DNA from: an uncultured Pseudobdellovibrionaceae bacterium
Lineage (GTDB): Bacteria; Bdellovibrionota; Bdellovibrionia; Bdellovibrionales; UBA1609
Assembly: GCA_964409815.1 (NCBI GenBank)
Contig: CAYPFC010000003.1
Coordinates: forward strand, 2,367-36,636
DNA: 34,270 nt
Reading direction: 5' to 3'
The notes beneath the pieces are model-generated. The model saw only the letters and a list, made by a program, of their open reading frames with translations. It was not told the origin of the DNA and made no database searches. Position numbers and translations under genes: made by a program. This document shows, piece after piece, positions 16,516-26,259 of this stretch (within the stretch, counting starts at the first letter, position 1; each line of letters begins with the position of its first letter).

Positions 16516-17134
16516 CTTCGTCGGACTTCTTTTCCACGGCCTTGGGCTTCTTCGGCAAGGATTTGATAATATCTTGAGCCATCTCGCTCGGGTTGCGCGT
16601 CTTGTACATGCCGCGCAGCTTGAGCTCCTTGACGACGTCATTCGTGATTTTGATTTTCGCGTCTTTCACGCGCTCGACCACGCGGCGGAGGTCGTCGTTG
16701 TTCGCGGCTTCGGGGCGGACCTCGCTCATGATGTTTTCGAGAACGAAAAGCGCCGTTGCCTGCTGAGACGTGGCGGCCTTCTTATTCTTGATCACTTCGA
16801 GCGCCTCGGCGGTGAGGCCCGAGATTGAGTCTTCGTAGGCCGAGTAGCCCGAGAGCTCGCGGCGCACGTCCGGCATCAGCTTGGCGATCATGTTGTCGCT
16901 ATTCGGGCGCGAGAAGATGAGCTTCAGAGCTTCGCGCAGGTGCTCGATGGCTTCGGCGTCGTTGACGTTCTCATCGCTCGTGTTGCTGCCGACCGAGCGG
17001 GCCTGCTTCACCTTGCCCTGAACGAGTTTGTACATCTCGTCGTAGTCTTTGATCATCAGCTCGTTGTACTTGAACATGGCGGCCGAGGATTGTAGGCAAA
17101 ACAGGGTGAGAACGACGTAGATAAGTGTTTTCAT
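16511..17134 (-). CDS. Hypothetical secreted helical protein with Lys/Glu-rich tail
   Basis: The track ORF starts at 17230. The internal ATG at 17134 gives the signal peptide MKTLIYVVLTLFCLQSSAAM. 207 aa, no recognisable motif. Confidence 0.55.
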   Translation of the reverse strand: MKTLIYVVLTLFCLQSSAAMFKYNELMIKDYDEMYKLVQGKVKQARSVGSNTSDENVNDAEAIEHLREALKLIFSRPNSDNMIAKLMPDVRRELSGYSAYEDSISGLTAEALEVIKNKKAATSQQATALFVLENIMSEVRPEAANNDDLRRVVERVKDAKIKITNDVVKELKLRGMYKTRNPSEMAQDIIKSLPKKPKAVEKKSDEE

Positions 17135-17251
17135 ACCCGAAATGGTACCTAGGACCTTAGTCGTTTGTCCATGCCGCAGTTGTACAATCGCTTCTCTCTT
17201 CGGGGTCCCTATGTCAGAATGCTTAGGCAATTACCAAAAAGGAGATCCCCG

Positions 17252-18028
17252 TTGAAAAAGTCATCTTTGCTGTTGTCGCTGCTTGCGCTTGTGGTCGCGG
17301 CGGGTTGCACCGGCAAACAACAAGTTGAGAAAGCCATCGAAGAAAATCCGGATATCGTTTTTAACGCTATCAAAAAGAATCCCAAGCGGTTCGTTGAAGT
17401 CGTGAACGAGGCGGTTCGTACCGCGCAAGAATCGTCGCGCGAGGATGAGGCCAAAGAAGAAGCGGCTCGGCTTGAAGAAGAATTCAAGAATCCGAAACAA
17501 GCCGCGGTGGAAGATGGCCGCGTGATCTTCGGCGACAAAAACGCGCCGATCACGATCGTGGAATATTCCGACTTCCAATGCCCGTACTGCGCGCGCGGAT
17601 ACCAGACGGTAAAAGAAGTTCAGAAAATGTACGGCGACAAGGTTCGCGTCGTGTTCAAGCACCTTCCTCTCGATTTCCACCCGATGGCGATGCCGGCGGC
17701 GAAGTGGTTCGAGGCGATCGCGATCCAAGATCCGAAGAAGGCCGAGAAGTTCCACGACGAAATCTTCCAGAACCAGAAAAGCCTGAACGAAGATGGAGAG
17801 AAATTCTTGAAAGCCGCGGCTAAAAAAGTCGGCGCGGACGTGAAGAAGGCCGAGAAGGACGCGAGCTCGGAAGCGGTCGCGAAGCGCATCGAGGCCGACA
17901 TGGCCGAAGCGAAAAAATTCGACTTCTCGGGAACGCCGGGCTTCTTAATCAACGGCGTTTCGCTCAAGGGCGCTTATCCTCCGCCGGAATTCAAGAAGAT
18001 CATCGACCGCCACTTGGCAGGCAAGTAG
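17252..18028 (+). CDS. DsbA-family thiol:disulfide oxidoreductase, probable lipoprotein
   Basis: Thioredoxin-fold active site YSDFQCPYCARG (CPYC). I prefer TTG 17252, which lies 7 nt after GGAG (17241-17244) and gives (M)KKSSLLLSLLALVVAAGC with a lipobox. ATG 17219 is an alternative start. Confidence 0.8.
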   Translation: MKKSSLLLSLLALVVAAGCTGKQQVEKAIEENPDIVFNAIKKNPKRFVEVVNEAVRTAQESSREDEAKEEAARLEEEFKNPKQAAVEDGRVIFGDKNAPITIVEYSDFQCPYCARGYQTVKEVQKMYGDKVRVVFKHLPLDFHPMAMPAAKWFEAIAIQDPKKAEKFHDEIFQNQKSLNEDGEKFLKAAAKKVGADVKKAEKDASSEAVAKRIEADMAEAKKFDFSGTPGFLINGVSLKGAYPPPEFKKIIDRHLAGK

Positions 18029-18031
18029 GTC

Positions 18032-18751
18032 TTAGAAATCCAAAGCCAGCGGCGTCGCGGTCAGCGTGACGCCCTTTAAGGGGTCGATGTTGCAAGCCAA
18101 GGCGCGCACCACGACCCCTTGCTTTTTGGCCTCTCGCAAGAGGCGCCCGTACTCGGGATCGATCGCGTCGGCCGGTTTGAATCTCGTCACTTTTTCCCTC
18201 TGCACGACGAACAAAATTTCACTTGTGTGGCCCTCGTCCTTCAGCTTCATGAGCTCTTGGAGGTGCTTTTGTCCGCGCGTCGTTTCGGCGTCGGGAAAAC
18301 TCGCGCAGTCGTCCTCGGCGTAGGTCACGTTTTTGATCTCGATGAAGTGCAGGTTCTTCTTTTGCGCAAGGTGCTCCTCGGATTTCGCGAGCACGACGTC
18401 GATTCGCGTTTCTTTGCTGATCTTGTACTCCAGTTTATGGACCGGGTAGGTGGCCCATTCGGGAATGAGTTTGGCGAGCAAGGCTTCGGCGACGATCAGG
18501 TTCGGGAGCGACGTGTTCACTCCGGCCCAGCCTTGAGGGGTTCGAATGAAGTGCAGGGTCGCTTTGAGCTTGCGCTCGGGATTGTCGGTTTCGGTGATAA
18601 CGCACGCGGCGCCCTCGTACAGGCATGTCTTCAGGCTTCCGGTGTTCGGGACGTGCGCGACGACCGTTTTGCCATCAAGAATCACGTCGGCGAAAAAGCG
18701 TTTGTAACGTTTAACGAATTTGGCTTCGCGGACTTTTTCTGTGAATTGCAT
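18032..18751 (-). CDS. sfsA: Sugar fermentation stimulation protein SfsA (DNA/RNA nuclease-fold family)
   Basis: Start at internal ATG 18751. MQFTEKVREAKFVKRYKRFFADVILDGKTVVAHVPNTGSL is the characteristic SfsA N-terminus. IEIKNVT and ETTRGQKHLQEL follow downstream. Confidence 0.85.
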   Translation of the reverse strand: MQFTEKVREAKFVKRYKRFFADVILDGKTVVAHVPNTGSLKTCLYEGAACVITETDNPERKLKATLHFIRTPQGWAGVNTSLPNLIVAEALLAKLIPEWATYPVHKLEYKISKETRIDVVLAKSEEHLAQKKNLHFIEIKNVTYAEDDCASFPDAETTRGQKHLQELMKLKDEGHTSEILFVVQREKVTRFKPADAIDPEYGRLLREAKKQGVVVRALACNIDPLKGVTLTATPLALDF

Positions 18752-18806
18752 TGGACTGGAATTAGCAGAAGGCCGACCCGAGTTCAACCCGGGCCGGCGG
18801 TGGCTA

Positions 18807-19526
18807 CTAGTGTTTGAGTTTCAATTCAAATTGGATCGCGCCCGCGCCGCTCAGGAGGAGCGATTGAGTCTCGCTGGCTCCGTATTTGCGCTCGAGGAAC
18901 ATGGTCACGCTCGAGAGGTAGGGCTCGGCCGCATGAATCTTTACGCGCATCGGAGCCGGCCGCGAAAGCGCGCGCAGGCAGTCGATCGCGGTGGCTTGCA
19001 TGTCGCACGCGTTCGAATCCAGGTACGATTGCCCCATCGGCAGGGCCGGGCTCAAGAACGCGCCGGTCTGGATGACGTCGTCTTTGGACACGACTTTCGT
19101 TGTCACGTGCTGCTTGAGCGCTTGTAAACTATGGCTATTGAAGGAGGCGACGCCGCAGATGTCTTTAGTTTTTCCATACATGGTTTCGAACTGAATGCTC
19201 TGAGTGGCGACGTCGTCGACTTGCACCTCGATGGTACGCGATTCGCCGGGCAGGATGAGTCCTTGTGTTTGTGCGAGGAACGAAACGCCGCTTTTGGCGT
19301 CAATCTCCATCGCGCGCGCCATGGCATTGCCGCTCTGGCAGAGCTGCACGAGGCCGTTGGGCGCGGGCTCGCCGGGACGCGCGAGCGCTTCCTGCCCGCT
19401 GTGGACATAGACTACGGAGGGAGAGAGCGGCATGGGTCCTCCGTTCGTGATCGTCAGTTCGTAGGTGGTCGCGGCGTGAGCGCCGAGGCCTAGTGACATG
19501 AGGGTTGCAAGTGTGAGCAGCTTCAT
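18807..19526 (-). CDS. Secreted protein, possibly spondin_N-like domain
   Basis: Signal peptide MKLLTLATLMSLGLGAHAAT. The pattern YELTITNGGPMPLSPSVVYVH...GEPAPNGLVQLCQSGN...LILPGESRTIEVQV resembles my recollection of bacterial spondin_N proteins. This is a by-eye match only. Confidence 0.45.
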   Translation of the reverse strand: MKLLTLATLMSLGLGAHAATTYELTITNGGPMPLSPSVVYVHSGQEALARPGEPAPNGLVQLCQSGNAMARAMEIDAKSGVSFLAQTQGLILPGESRTIEVQVDDVATQSIQFETMYGKTKDICGVASFNSHSLQALKQHVTTKVVSKDDVIQTGAFLSPALPMGQSYLDSNACDMQATAIDCLRALSRPAPMRVKIHAAEPYLSSVTMFLERKYGASETQSLLLSGAGAIQFELKLKH

Positions 19527-19589
19527 CGAAGTCTCCTTCGGTTAGAGTTGGTGGTTTCAAAATGCTCGTCGATGACGGGAAAGTCGTGA

Positions 19590-19602
19590 TTAGAGTCCCT
19601 AA
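19590..19602. promoter_or_regulatory. LysR-type T-N11-A box with dyad (TTAG-N5-CTAA)
   Basis: TTAGAGTCCCTAA read directly. It lies in the divergent intergenic region, 64-76 nt upstream of the 19526 start codon and upstream of the LysR gene. Confidence 0.35.
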
Positions 19603-19713
19603 ACTCGCGGTTAAGTATGGCTAATGCTGCGGCCCCGCGGTCGTCGCGTTATCTTCACTCGCATGGAAGATAAAAATTCACGATTCGAATGCTCGATGAT
19701 AGGGTTTCTCGCT

Positions 19714-20613
19714 ATGACACGCGATCTCAACGTCGACCAAATCAAGAAGTTATGGATACTCGATCTGATCATTCAAAGCGGAAGCCTGCGTAAGGCCGCA
19801 TTGCAGGCGAGAATATCGCCCAGCGCGGTGTCGCAATCGCTCTCGAGCCTCGAGCGAACGCTCGGGAAGCCTTTACTTGTTCGCGAGCGCGGCGAGGTGA
19901 CGCCGACGCAAGATGCACTGGCCGTGCTTGAAGTGATAAGGCCCGCGTTTGCCGCATTCGATCGATTGCGCGACTTGAATCATACGTCGGTACCGAAGAT
20001 GTCTTGGCTCAACTTCGGAACGTACGAGAGCATGGCGATCGACGTTCTGCCCGGCTTACTCCACAGCCTGAAGGAGAAAATGCCGGGATTGCGCCTGAGT
20101 TTGCGAATCAGTCGCACCCCGAACTTGCTGACGATGGTTCGAAAGGGTGAGCTCTGTTCCGCGATGATCGCCGAGACCGACGATCTCGACAAATTTTACC
20201 GGCGCGAGGTGATGGAGGACCGATTGGGGCTCTACGTTTCCCGCCGTCATCCCATTGCGGAGCGGGGTTGGCGCGCCATTGAAGAGTTTGGGCTCGGATC
20301 GCTGGCCGCGGGCAAGGAGGGGCTGCCCCGCTACTTCGCGAAGTTCATTCGGCAGATCGAGCCGGTGCGGCCGCTCGTGGTGAGCGACAGCTTGGAAACG
20401 CTTCGGTGCGCGGCCGCATCTGGCTCGTTGGTCGCGGTTCTTCCCGCGCGCGTGGCCGAGCGGAACGACGATTTGTTGGAAATCACTTCGTTTAAGGGGC
20501 GGCCTCTGAAAGAGGCGGGCAAGCACCGAATCTCGGTGGTGAGCCTCGCGAGTTGCGATCCGGAAGAAACGGATTTTCTCGCGGTCGAGCTTGCGCGGCT
20601 GTGCCGCAAGTAA
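19714..20613 (+). CDS. LysR-family transcriptional regulator
   Basis: N-terminal wHTH: LWILDLIIQSGSLRKAALQARISPSAVSQSLSSLERTLGKPLLVRERG. The C-terminal part looks like a LysR substrate-binding fold. The start is uncertain, with in-frame ATGs at 19663, 19696 and 19714. I chose 19714 from the typical spacing to the HTH. Confidence 0.85.
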   Translation: MTRDLNVDQIKKLWILDLIIQSGSLRKAALQARISPSAVSQSLSSLERTLGKPLLVRERGEVTPTQDALAVLEVIRPAFAAFDRLRDLNHTSVPKMSWLNFGTYESMAIDVLPGLLHSLKEKMPGLRLSLRISRTPNLLTMVRKGELCSAMIAETDDLDKFYRREVMEDRLGLYVSRRHPIAERGWRAIEEFGLGSLAAGKEGLPRYFAKFIRQIEPVRPLVVSDSLETLRCAAASGSLVAVLPARVAERNDDLLEITSFKGRPLKEAGKHRISVVSLASCDPEETDFLAVELARLCRK

Positions 20614-20650
20614 AGGTGCCGGCGCCTCTCGGGTTAAGCCCTTTGGCTAG

Positions 20651-20779
20651 TTAGCGGATTGCCTGACCGAGGTTCACCCACACTACAAGTAGCTTGAAGA
20701 GTAAAACATTCAGCCCAAACAGGGCTTTAAACAAAGCCCAGTTCAGCCGATATGAATCATACGTGTTAGGTATGTTCAT
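20651..20779 (-). CDS. Candidate 42-aa hydrophobic small protein (below the ORF-track length cutoff)
   Basis: My translation: MNIPNTYDSYRLNWALFKALFGLNVLLFKLLVVWVNLGQAIR*. GAGAGGAGG SD with a 6-nt spacer (complement of 20786-20794). One predicted TM helix. Third codon positions are AT-rich, atypical for this window, so it may instead be a structured RNA. Confidence 0.35.
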   Translation of the reverse strand: MNIPNTYDSYRLNWALFKALFGLNVLLFKLLVVWVNLGQAIR

Positions 20780-21008
20780 GGTGGCCTCCTCTCGTTTGTT
20801 GGTTCATCCCACAGACGAGAGGCACCGGCCTCTCCCACCTCTGCAAATCCAAATTCCAAATGAGCGGCAAGCGGTTTTGTTTTGAAACTTGGTTTCGTTC
20901 GGGCACCGGATAACGCAATGCGCGTCTCCCGGTTTCCCGAGTGAAGTGACTTTTCCGAATGCCCTCATTACAACCTCGGAGTACAGTTTTGTACTGAAGA
21001 GGTTTTCC

Positions 21009-21935
21009 ATGTCGACGAGTGCGGCTCCGAAGGCTCCCCGCAAGAGACTTCCGAAACCGAGTTGGATCAAGATGCGCGCCCCCGCGGGCGAGCGTTACAT
21101 GCAGATCAAAGATCTGCTCAAGGGCTTGAATTTGGCGACCGTCTGCCAGGAGGCGCAGTGCCCGAACATCGGCGAGTGCTGGGGCGGCGGAACCGCGACG
21201 ATCATGCTGATGGGAGAGGTGTGCACCCGCGGCTGCCGCTTTTGCAACGTGAAGACCGGCAATCCGAAAGGCAAGTTGGACCTCGAAGAGCCACAAAAGG
21301 TCGCGCACGCGGTTTCGCAAATGGGTTTGGATTACGTCGTGCTGACTTCGGTCGATCGTGACGATCTTCCCGACGAAGGCTCGATGCACTTCGCAAAAAC
21401 GGTTCGCAACCTGAAAGTGTCCGCGCCGGATTTGATCGTTGAGGTTTTAACTCCCGATTTCAAAGGCAACGAGCTTTTCATCGGTCACATCGTCGATGCC
21501 GAGCCCGACGTCTTCGCTCACAACGTGGAGACCGTCGAGCGCCTGCAGTCACGCGTTCGCGATCCGCGCGCCGGATATAAACAATCATTGAGAGTTCTTG
21601 AGTTCGTGAAGGAGCGCGATGAGACGCGCTACACGAAAACGTCCGTCATGCTGGGGCTCGGGGAAAACGACGAAGAGATTCGCCAGACGTTGCGCGACTT
21701 GCGTGACGTCGGCTGCGACGTCGTGACGTTCGGGCAGTACCTGCAGCCGCAGAAGCGGCATTTGCCGGTCGAGGAGTTCGTCACTCCCGAAAAATTCGCG
21801 CAGTGGCAGTCCGAAGCCGAAGGCATGGGCTTCTTGTACGTCGCAAGTGGTCCCTTGGTGCGCTCATCTTATCGTGCCGGGGAATTCTTCATGAAAGGTG
21901 TCATTGAAAAACGCAAAGCCGAAGGGGGCAGATAG
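21009..21935 (+). CDS. lipA: Lipoyl synthase
   Basis: Start at internal ATG 21009 (MSTSAAPKAPRKRLPKPSWIKMRAP). Both cluster motifs are present: CQEAQCPNIGEC and CTRGCRFCNV (radical SAM CxxxCxxC). Confidence 0.95.
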   Translation: MSTSAAPKAPRKRLPKPSWIKMRAPAGERYMQIKDLLKGLNLATVCQEAQCPNIGECWGGGTATIMLMGEVCTRGCRFCNVKTGNPKGKLDLEEPQKVAHAVSQMGLDYVVLTSVDRDDLPDEGSMHFAKTVRNLKVSAPDLIVEVLTPDFKGNELFIGHIVDAEPDVFAHNVETVERLQSRVRDPRAGYKQSLRVLEFVKERDETRYTKTSVMLGLGENDEEIRQTLRDLRDVGCDVVTFGQYLQPQKRHLPVEEFVTPEKFAQWQSEAEGMGFLYVASGPLVRSSYRAGEFFMKGVIEKRKAEGGR

Positions 21936-23270
21936 ATGGCAACGCAGAATGTGAAACTTCCCGACATTGGCGAGGGTGTGACAGAAGGCGAGTTGATCAA
22001 GTGGCTCGTGAAAGTCGGCGACACCGTGAAGCCCGATCAACCGGTTGCGGAATTTATGACCGACAAAGCAACTGTGGAAGTTCCCTCGCCCTCGGCGGGC
22101 ACCGTTAAAGAATTGAAATTCAAAGAAGGCGACGTCGTTCCGATCGAGACCGTGATCGCGATTTTGGACGGTGATGGCGCGGGCGCCGCGAAGGCGGCTC
22201 CTGCGGGCGCTTCAGCAGCGAAGCCTGCTCCGGCGACTCAGCCGGCGGCGATGCAGGCGAAAGCTCCCGCCGCGACGGCTGGCGCTCCGACTTCGCGATC
22301 GACTCCGAGCGCGAACGGTGGTGGCGCGGGCATGGACGTTTATCCTCCCGCCGCGAACTCGAACGTGCTCGCGACTCCGGCGACGCGCCGCTTGGCGCGT
22401 GAGACCGGCGTCGACATCAACGCGCTTCAAGGCACCGGCATCGCCGGCCGAGTCACTCGCGACGACGTGACGAAAGCCAAAGGCGGAGGCGGCGGAGCTC
22501 CGGCCCAGCAGGGTCGCGCGCCGATGATGGACATTCCGCGTCCCGCGGTGATCTCGCAGCCGGGATCGCTTGAGGATCGCGTTCCGATTCGCGGTATCCG
22601 CAAGAAGATCGCCGAAAACATGCAGATGGCGAAGCACGTGATCCCGCACTTCACGCTGATGGAAGAAGTCCGCGTGGATGCGCTCGTGCAAGTGCGTACG
22701 CAAGCGAAAGAGGCGGCCGAGAAGTACGGCGTGAAGGTCACTTACCTTCCGTTCATCATGAAGGCCGTCATCGCTACCTGTCGCGAGTTCCCCATGTTCA
22801 ACGCGAGCATGGACGATCAAGCGCAAGAGATCGTGTACAAGAAATACTTCAACATGGGCTTTGCCGCCGACACGCCGAACGGCTTGATGGTTCCGGTCGT
22901 GAAGAACGCCGACTTCAAGACGATCCTGCAAATCTCGCAGGAGATTCAGCAGCTCGCGGGCAAGGCGCGCGACGGAAAGCTCGCGCTCGAGGACATGAAG
23001 GGCGCGACGATGACGATCACGAACATCGGCTCGGTCGGCGGCGTCTATGCGACCCCGATCATTAACCACCCGGAAGTGGCGATCCTCGGCGTTTACAAGA
23101 TCCAGGACAAACCGATTTGGAACGGCAAAGAGTTCACGCGCGGCCAAGAAATGAATTTCACCATCACCTGCGACCACCGCTTGATCGACGGCGCCGTCGC
23201 CGCGAACTTCATGAAATCGTTCGCTGCGCGCATCGAAAACCCCAGCCAGCTCATGCTGGATATGATCTAG
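21936..23270 (+). CDS. 2-oxoacid dehydrogenase E2 component (dihydrolipoamide acyltransferase; likely acetyltransferase)
   Basis: 444 aa. One lipoyl domain (EFMTDKATVEVPSP, lipoyl-Lys). Ala/Pro-rich linker. E3/E1-binding domain (ATPATRRLARETGVDINALQGTGIAGRVTRDDV). Catalytic domain with DHRLIDGA. Its ATG directly abuts the lipA TAG. Confidence 0.9.
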   Translation: MATQNVKLPDIGEGVTEGELIKWLVKVGDTVKPDQPVAEFMTDKATVEVPSPSAGTVKELKFKEGDVVPIETVIAILDGDGAGAAKAAPAGASAAKPAPATQPAAMQAKAPAATAGAPTSRSTPSANGGGAGMDVYPPAANSNVLATPATRRLARETGVDINALQGTGIAGRVTRDDVTKAKGGGGGAPAQQGRAPMMDIPRPAVISQPGSLEDRVPIRGIRKKIAENMQMAKHVIPHFTLMEEVRVDALVQVRTQAKEAAEKYGVKVTYLPFIMKAVIATCREFPMFNASMDDQAQEIVYKKYFNMGFAADTPNGLMVPVVKNADFKTILQISQEIQQLAGKARDGKLALEDMKGATMTITNIGSVGGVYATPIINHPEVAILGVYKIQDKPIWNGKEFTRGQEMNFTITCDHRLIDGAVAANFMKSFAARIENPSQLMLDMI

Positions 23271-23281
23271 AAGGATAGAAC

Positions 23282-24738
<1,457 letters not shown>

Positions 24739-24742
<4 letters not shown>

Positions 24743-25365
24743 AGCTGGAGGACTGGGGGCTCATCGCGTATGAGTCCTCAAGCTTAAAGCAGCTCTCCTT
24801 GGTCGATGCCGTCGCTGACGGCGGCGAGGAGCGGGTTGTTTTTTGCACGCATCCTCCGGTCGTGACTCTTGGGCGGGCGACGAAACCCGGTGACGTCGCC
24901 GGGTGGTCGGGCGCGATCGCGGAGACCTCTCGTGGCGGGCGCGCGACCTATCACGGGCCGAATCAAATCGTAATTTATCCCATTCTGGATCTGCGTCGGG
25001 CGCATGTGAGGTTCGGCGCGCGCGATATTCATGCGTACTTGCGCACGCTGGAGTCGGCGACGGTCGCGGCTTTGCGCGAGTGCGGATTGGGCGGCGCCGA
25101 GGCACGCACGACCAAGATGGGCGAGGATTCGCTGACCGGAGTTTGGATCGGCGAGAAGAAGATCGCGTCCATCGGAATCGCCGTTCGCAAGTGGGTTACG
25201 TACCATGGGGTCGCGGTGAATATCGCGCATGATCCGAGCGCCCATCAGGGCATTCGGCCCTGCGGATTTACGTCGAACGTCATGACGTCGTTGGAAGCCG
25301 AGCTTGGCCGCGCGGTCGATGCGAAGCCGGTGTTTGAGTCGATGTTTCGCTCTTTCTTCGAATGA
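24739..25365 (+). CDS. lipB: Lipoyl(octanoyl) transferase LipB
   Basis: ATG 24739 overlaps the lpdA TGA (ATGA). TSRGGRATYHGPNQIVIYPILDL, KKIASIGIAVRKWVTYHGVAVNI and the PCG catalytic Cys are present. The track ORF 24382..25365 is just this frame staying open upstream inside lpdA. Confidence 0.9.
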
Positions 25366-25389
25366 AGTACCAATTTTTCGTAATGCAGC

Positions 25390-25411
25390 GTTTCGATCCC
25401 GGGATCGAAAC
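25390..25411. promoter_or_regulatory. Perfect 22-bp palindrome GTTTCGATCCC|GGGATCGAAAC between lipB and the next gene (hairpin or operator)
   Basis: Read directly: the reverse complement of GTTTCGATCCC is GGGATCGAAAC. It starts 25 nt after the lipB stop and ends 47 nt before ATG 25459. No U-tract follows, so it is not a canonical intrinsic terminator. Confidence 0.45.
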
Positions 25412-25458
25412 ATCGCGTTAGGGAGAATTCGTGCCAGAATCTTCGGAAGGAGGCTCTT

Positions 25459-25830
25459 ATGTTCAAACTTCTTCTTCTCTTGTTCGCGCTTCCCGCGTTC
25501 GCCAGCGACGAAGTCCTCGTCCAGTGCGACTACGCCTTCATGGGCGTGCCCACGAGCAAAGTTCAATTTTCAGTTTATAAGGGCGAGCTCGGCTCGAGCG
25601 TCTCCGTGACGATGCCCAACGGCGCCACCCACAAGGAAACGCTGACGCCTGAAAAGCTCGGCGCCGACGAGTTTATGCACGGATGGATCTCGAAGGAGAA
25701 TCCGCAGAACACGATTGAGATCATCGTTTACCAAGAAGCGAAGTCGCAGGGCCAATCGGTCCTGATCAACCATAATGTTCCGATAGGCAAAGAGATGTGG
25801 GGAACGTGCACGGGTGTGCCGGCGCCCTAG
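25459..25830 (+). CDS. Hypothetical small secreted protein
   Basis: GGAAGGAGG SD 5 nt upstream. Signal peptide MFKLLLLLFALPAFASDE. 123 aa with two Cys (positions near both ends). No recognised family. Confidence 0.55.
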   Translation: MFKLLLLLFALPAFASDEVLVQCDYAFMGVPTSKVQFSVYKGELGSSVSVTMPNGATHKETLTPEKLGADEFMHGWISKENPQNTIEIIVYQEAKSQGQSVLINHNVPIGKEMWGTCTGVPAP

Positions 25831-25848
25831 AGCGTACGCGGAACGGTA

Positions 25849-26256
25849 TTACTTCTTATCGATGGTGATCGCGAACTTCTTCACGCCGCCGCTCTTGACG
25901 GCGTCGATGATGGCCACCACGCGACCGTGGGGGACGTCTTTATCCGCGGAAATGATCGCTTGCACGTCGGGGCGCTTGCCCGCGAGCTCTTGCGCGTAAG
26001 TGTTGACGCCGGTTTCGTCCGAAGGCTTGCCGTTTAACGAGATCGAGCCGTTAGCCGCGATCGCGATCGATAGCTCCGACGGAGTGGTCTCGTCGCCCGC
26101 GCCCGCCTTCGGAAGATTCACGTTGATCGACGGCTTCATGATCAAGGGCGTGGTCACCATGAAAATGATCAGCACCACGAGAATAATGTCGACGAACGGG
26201 ACGATGTTAATGTCCGCTATCGGCTCGTCGTCGTCTCCGGAGATTTTTGCACCCAT
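25849..26256 (-). CDS. ExbD/TolR-family biopolymer transport protein
   Basis: 135 aa. DINIVPFVDIILVVLIIFMVTTP is the conserved TM with Asp. It is followed by INVNLPKA and a periplasmic domain, the standard ExbD/TolR layout. Confidence 0.85.
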   Translation of the reverse strand: MGAKISGDDDEPIADINIVPFVDIILVVLIIFMVTTPLIMKPSINVNLPKAGAGDETTPSELSIAIAANGSISLNGKPSDETGVNTYAQELAGKRPDVQAIISADKDVPHGRVVAIIDAVKSGGVKKFAITIDKK

Positions 26257-26259
26257 GCT

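Noticed and set aside
19011-19020. GTTCGAATCC, a tRNA T-loop-like decamer
   Set aside because: The flanks (ACGCG / CCAGG) cannot form a T-stem and no acceptor or anticodon arms are present. It lies inside the CDS 18807..19526.
20836-20870. Sigma-54-like element on the minus strand (TGGAATTTGGATTTGCA) upstream of the small ORF
   Set aside because: The GG-to-GC spacing is one nucleotide longer than the TGGCAC-N5-TTGC consensus, and the -24 element is TGGAAT rather than TGGCAC. The match is too weak to call.
20766-21389. 207-aa minus-strand ORF spanning the lipA 5' region, and ORF 24784..25566 (260 aa) opposite lipB
   Set aside because: Both are antisense shadows of strongly supported genes and have no motifs.
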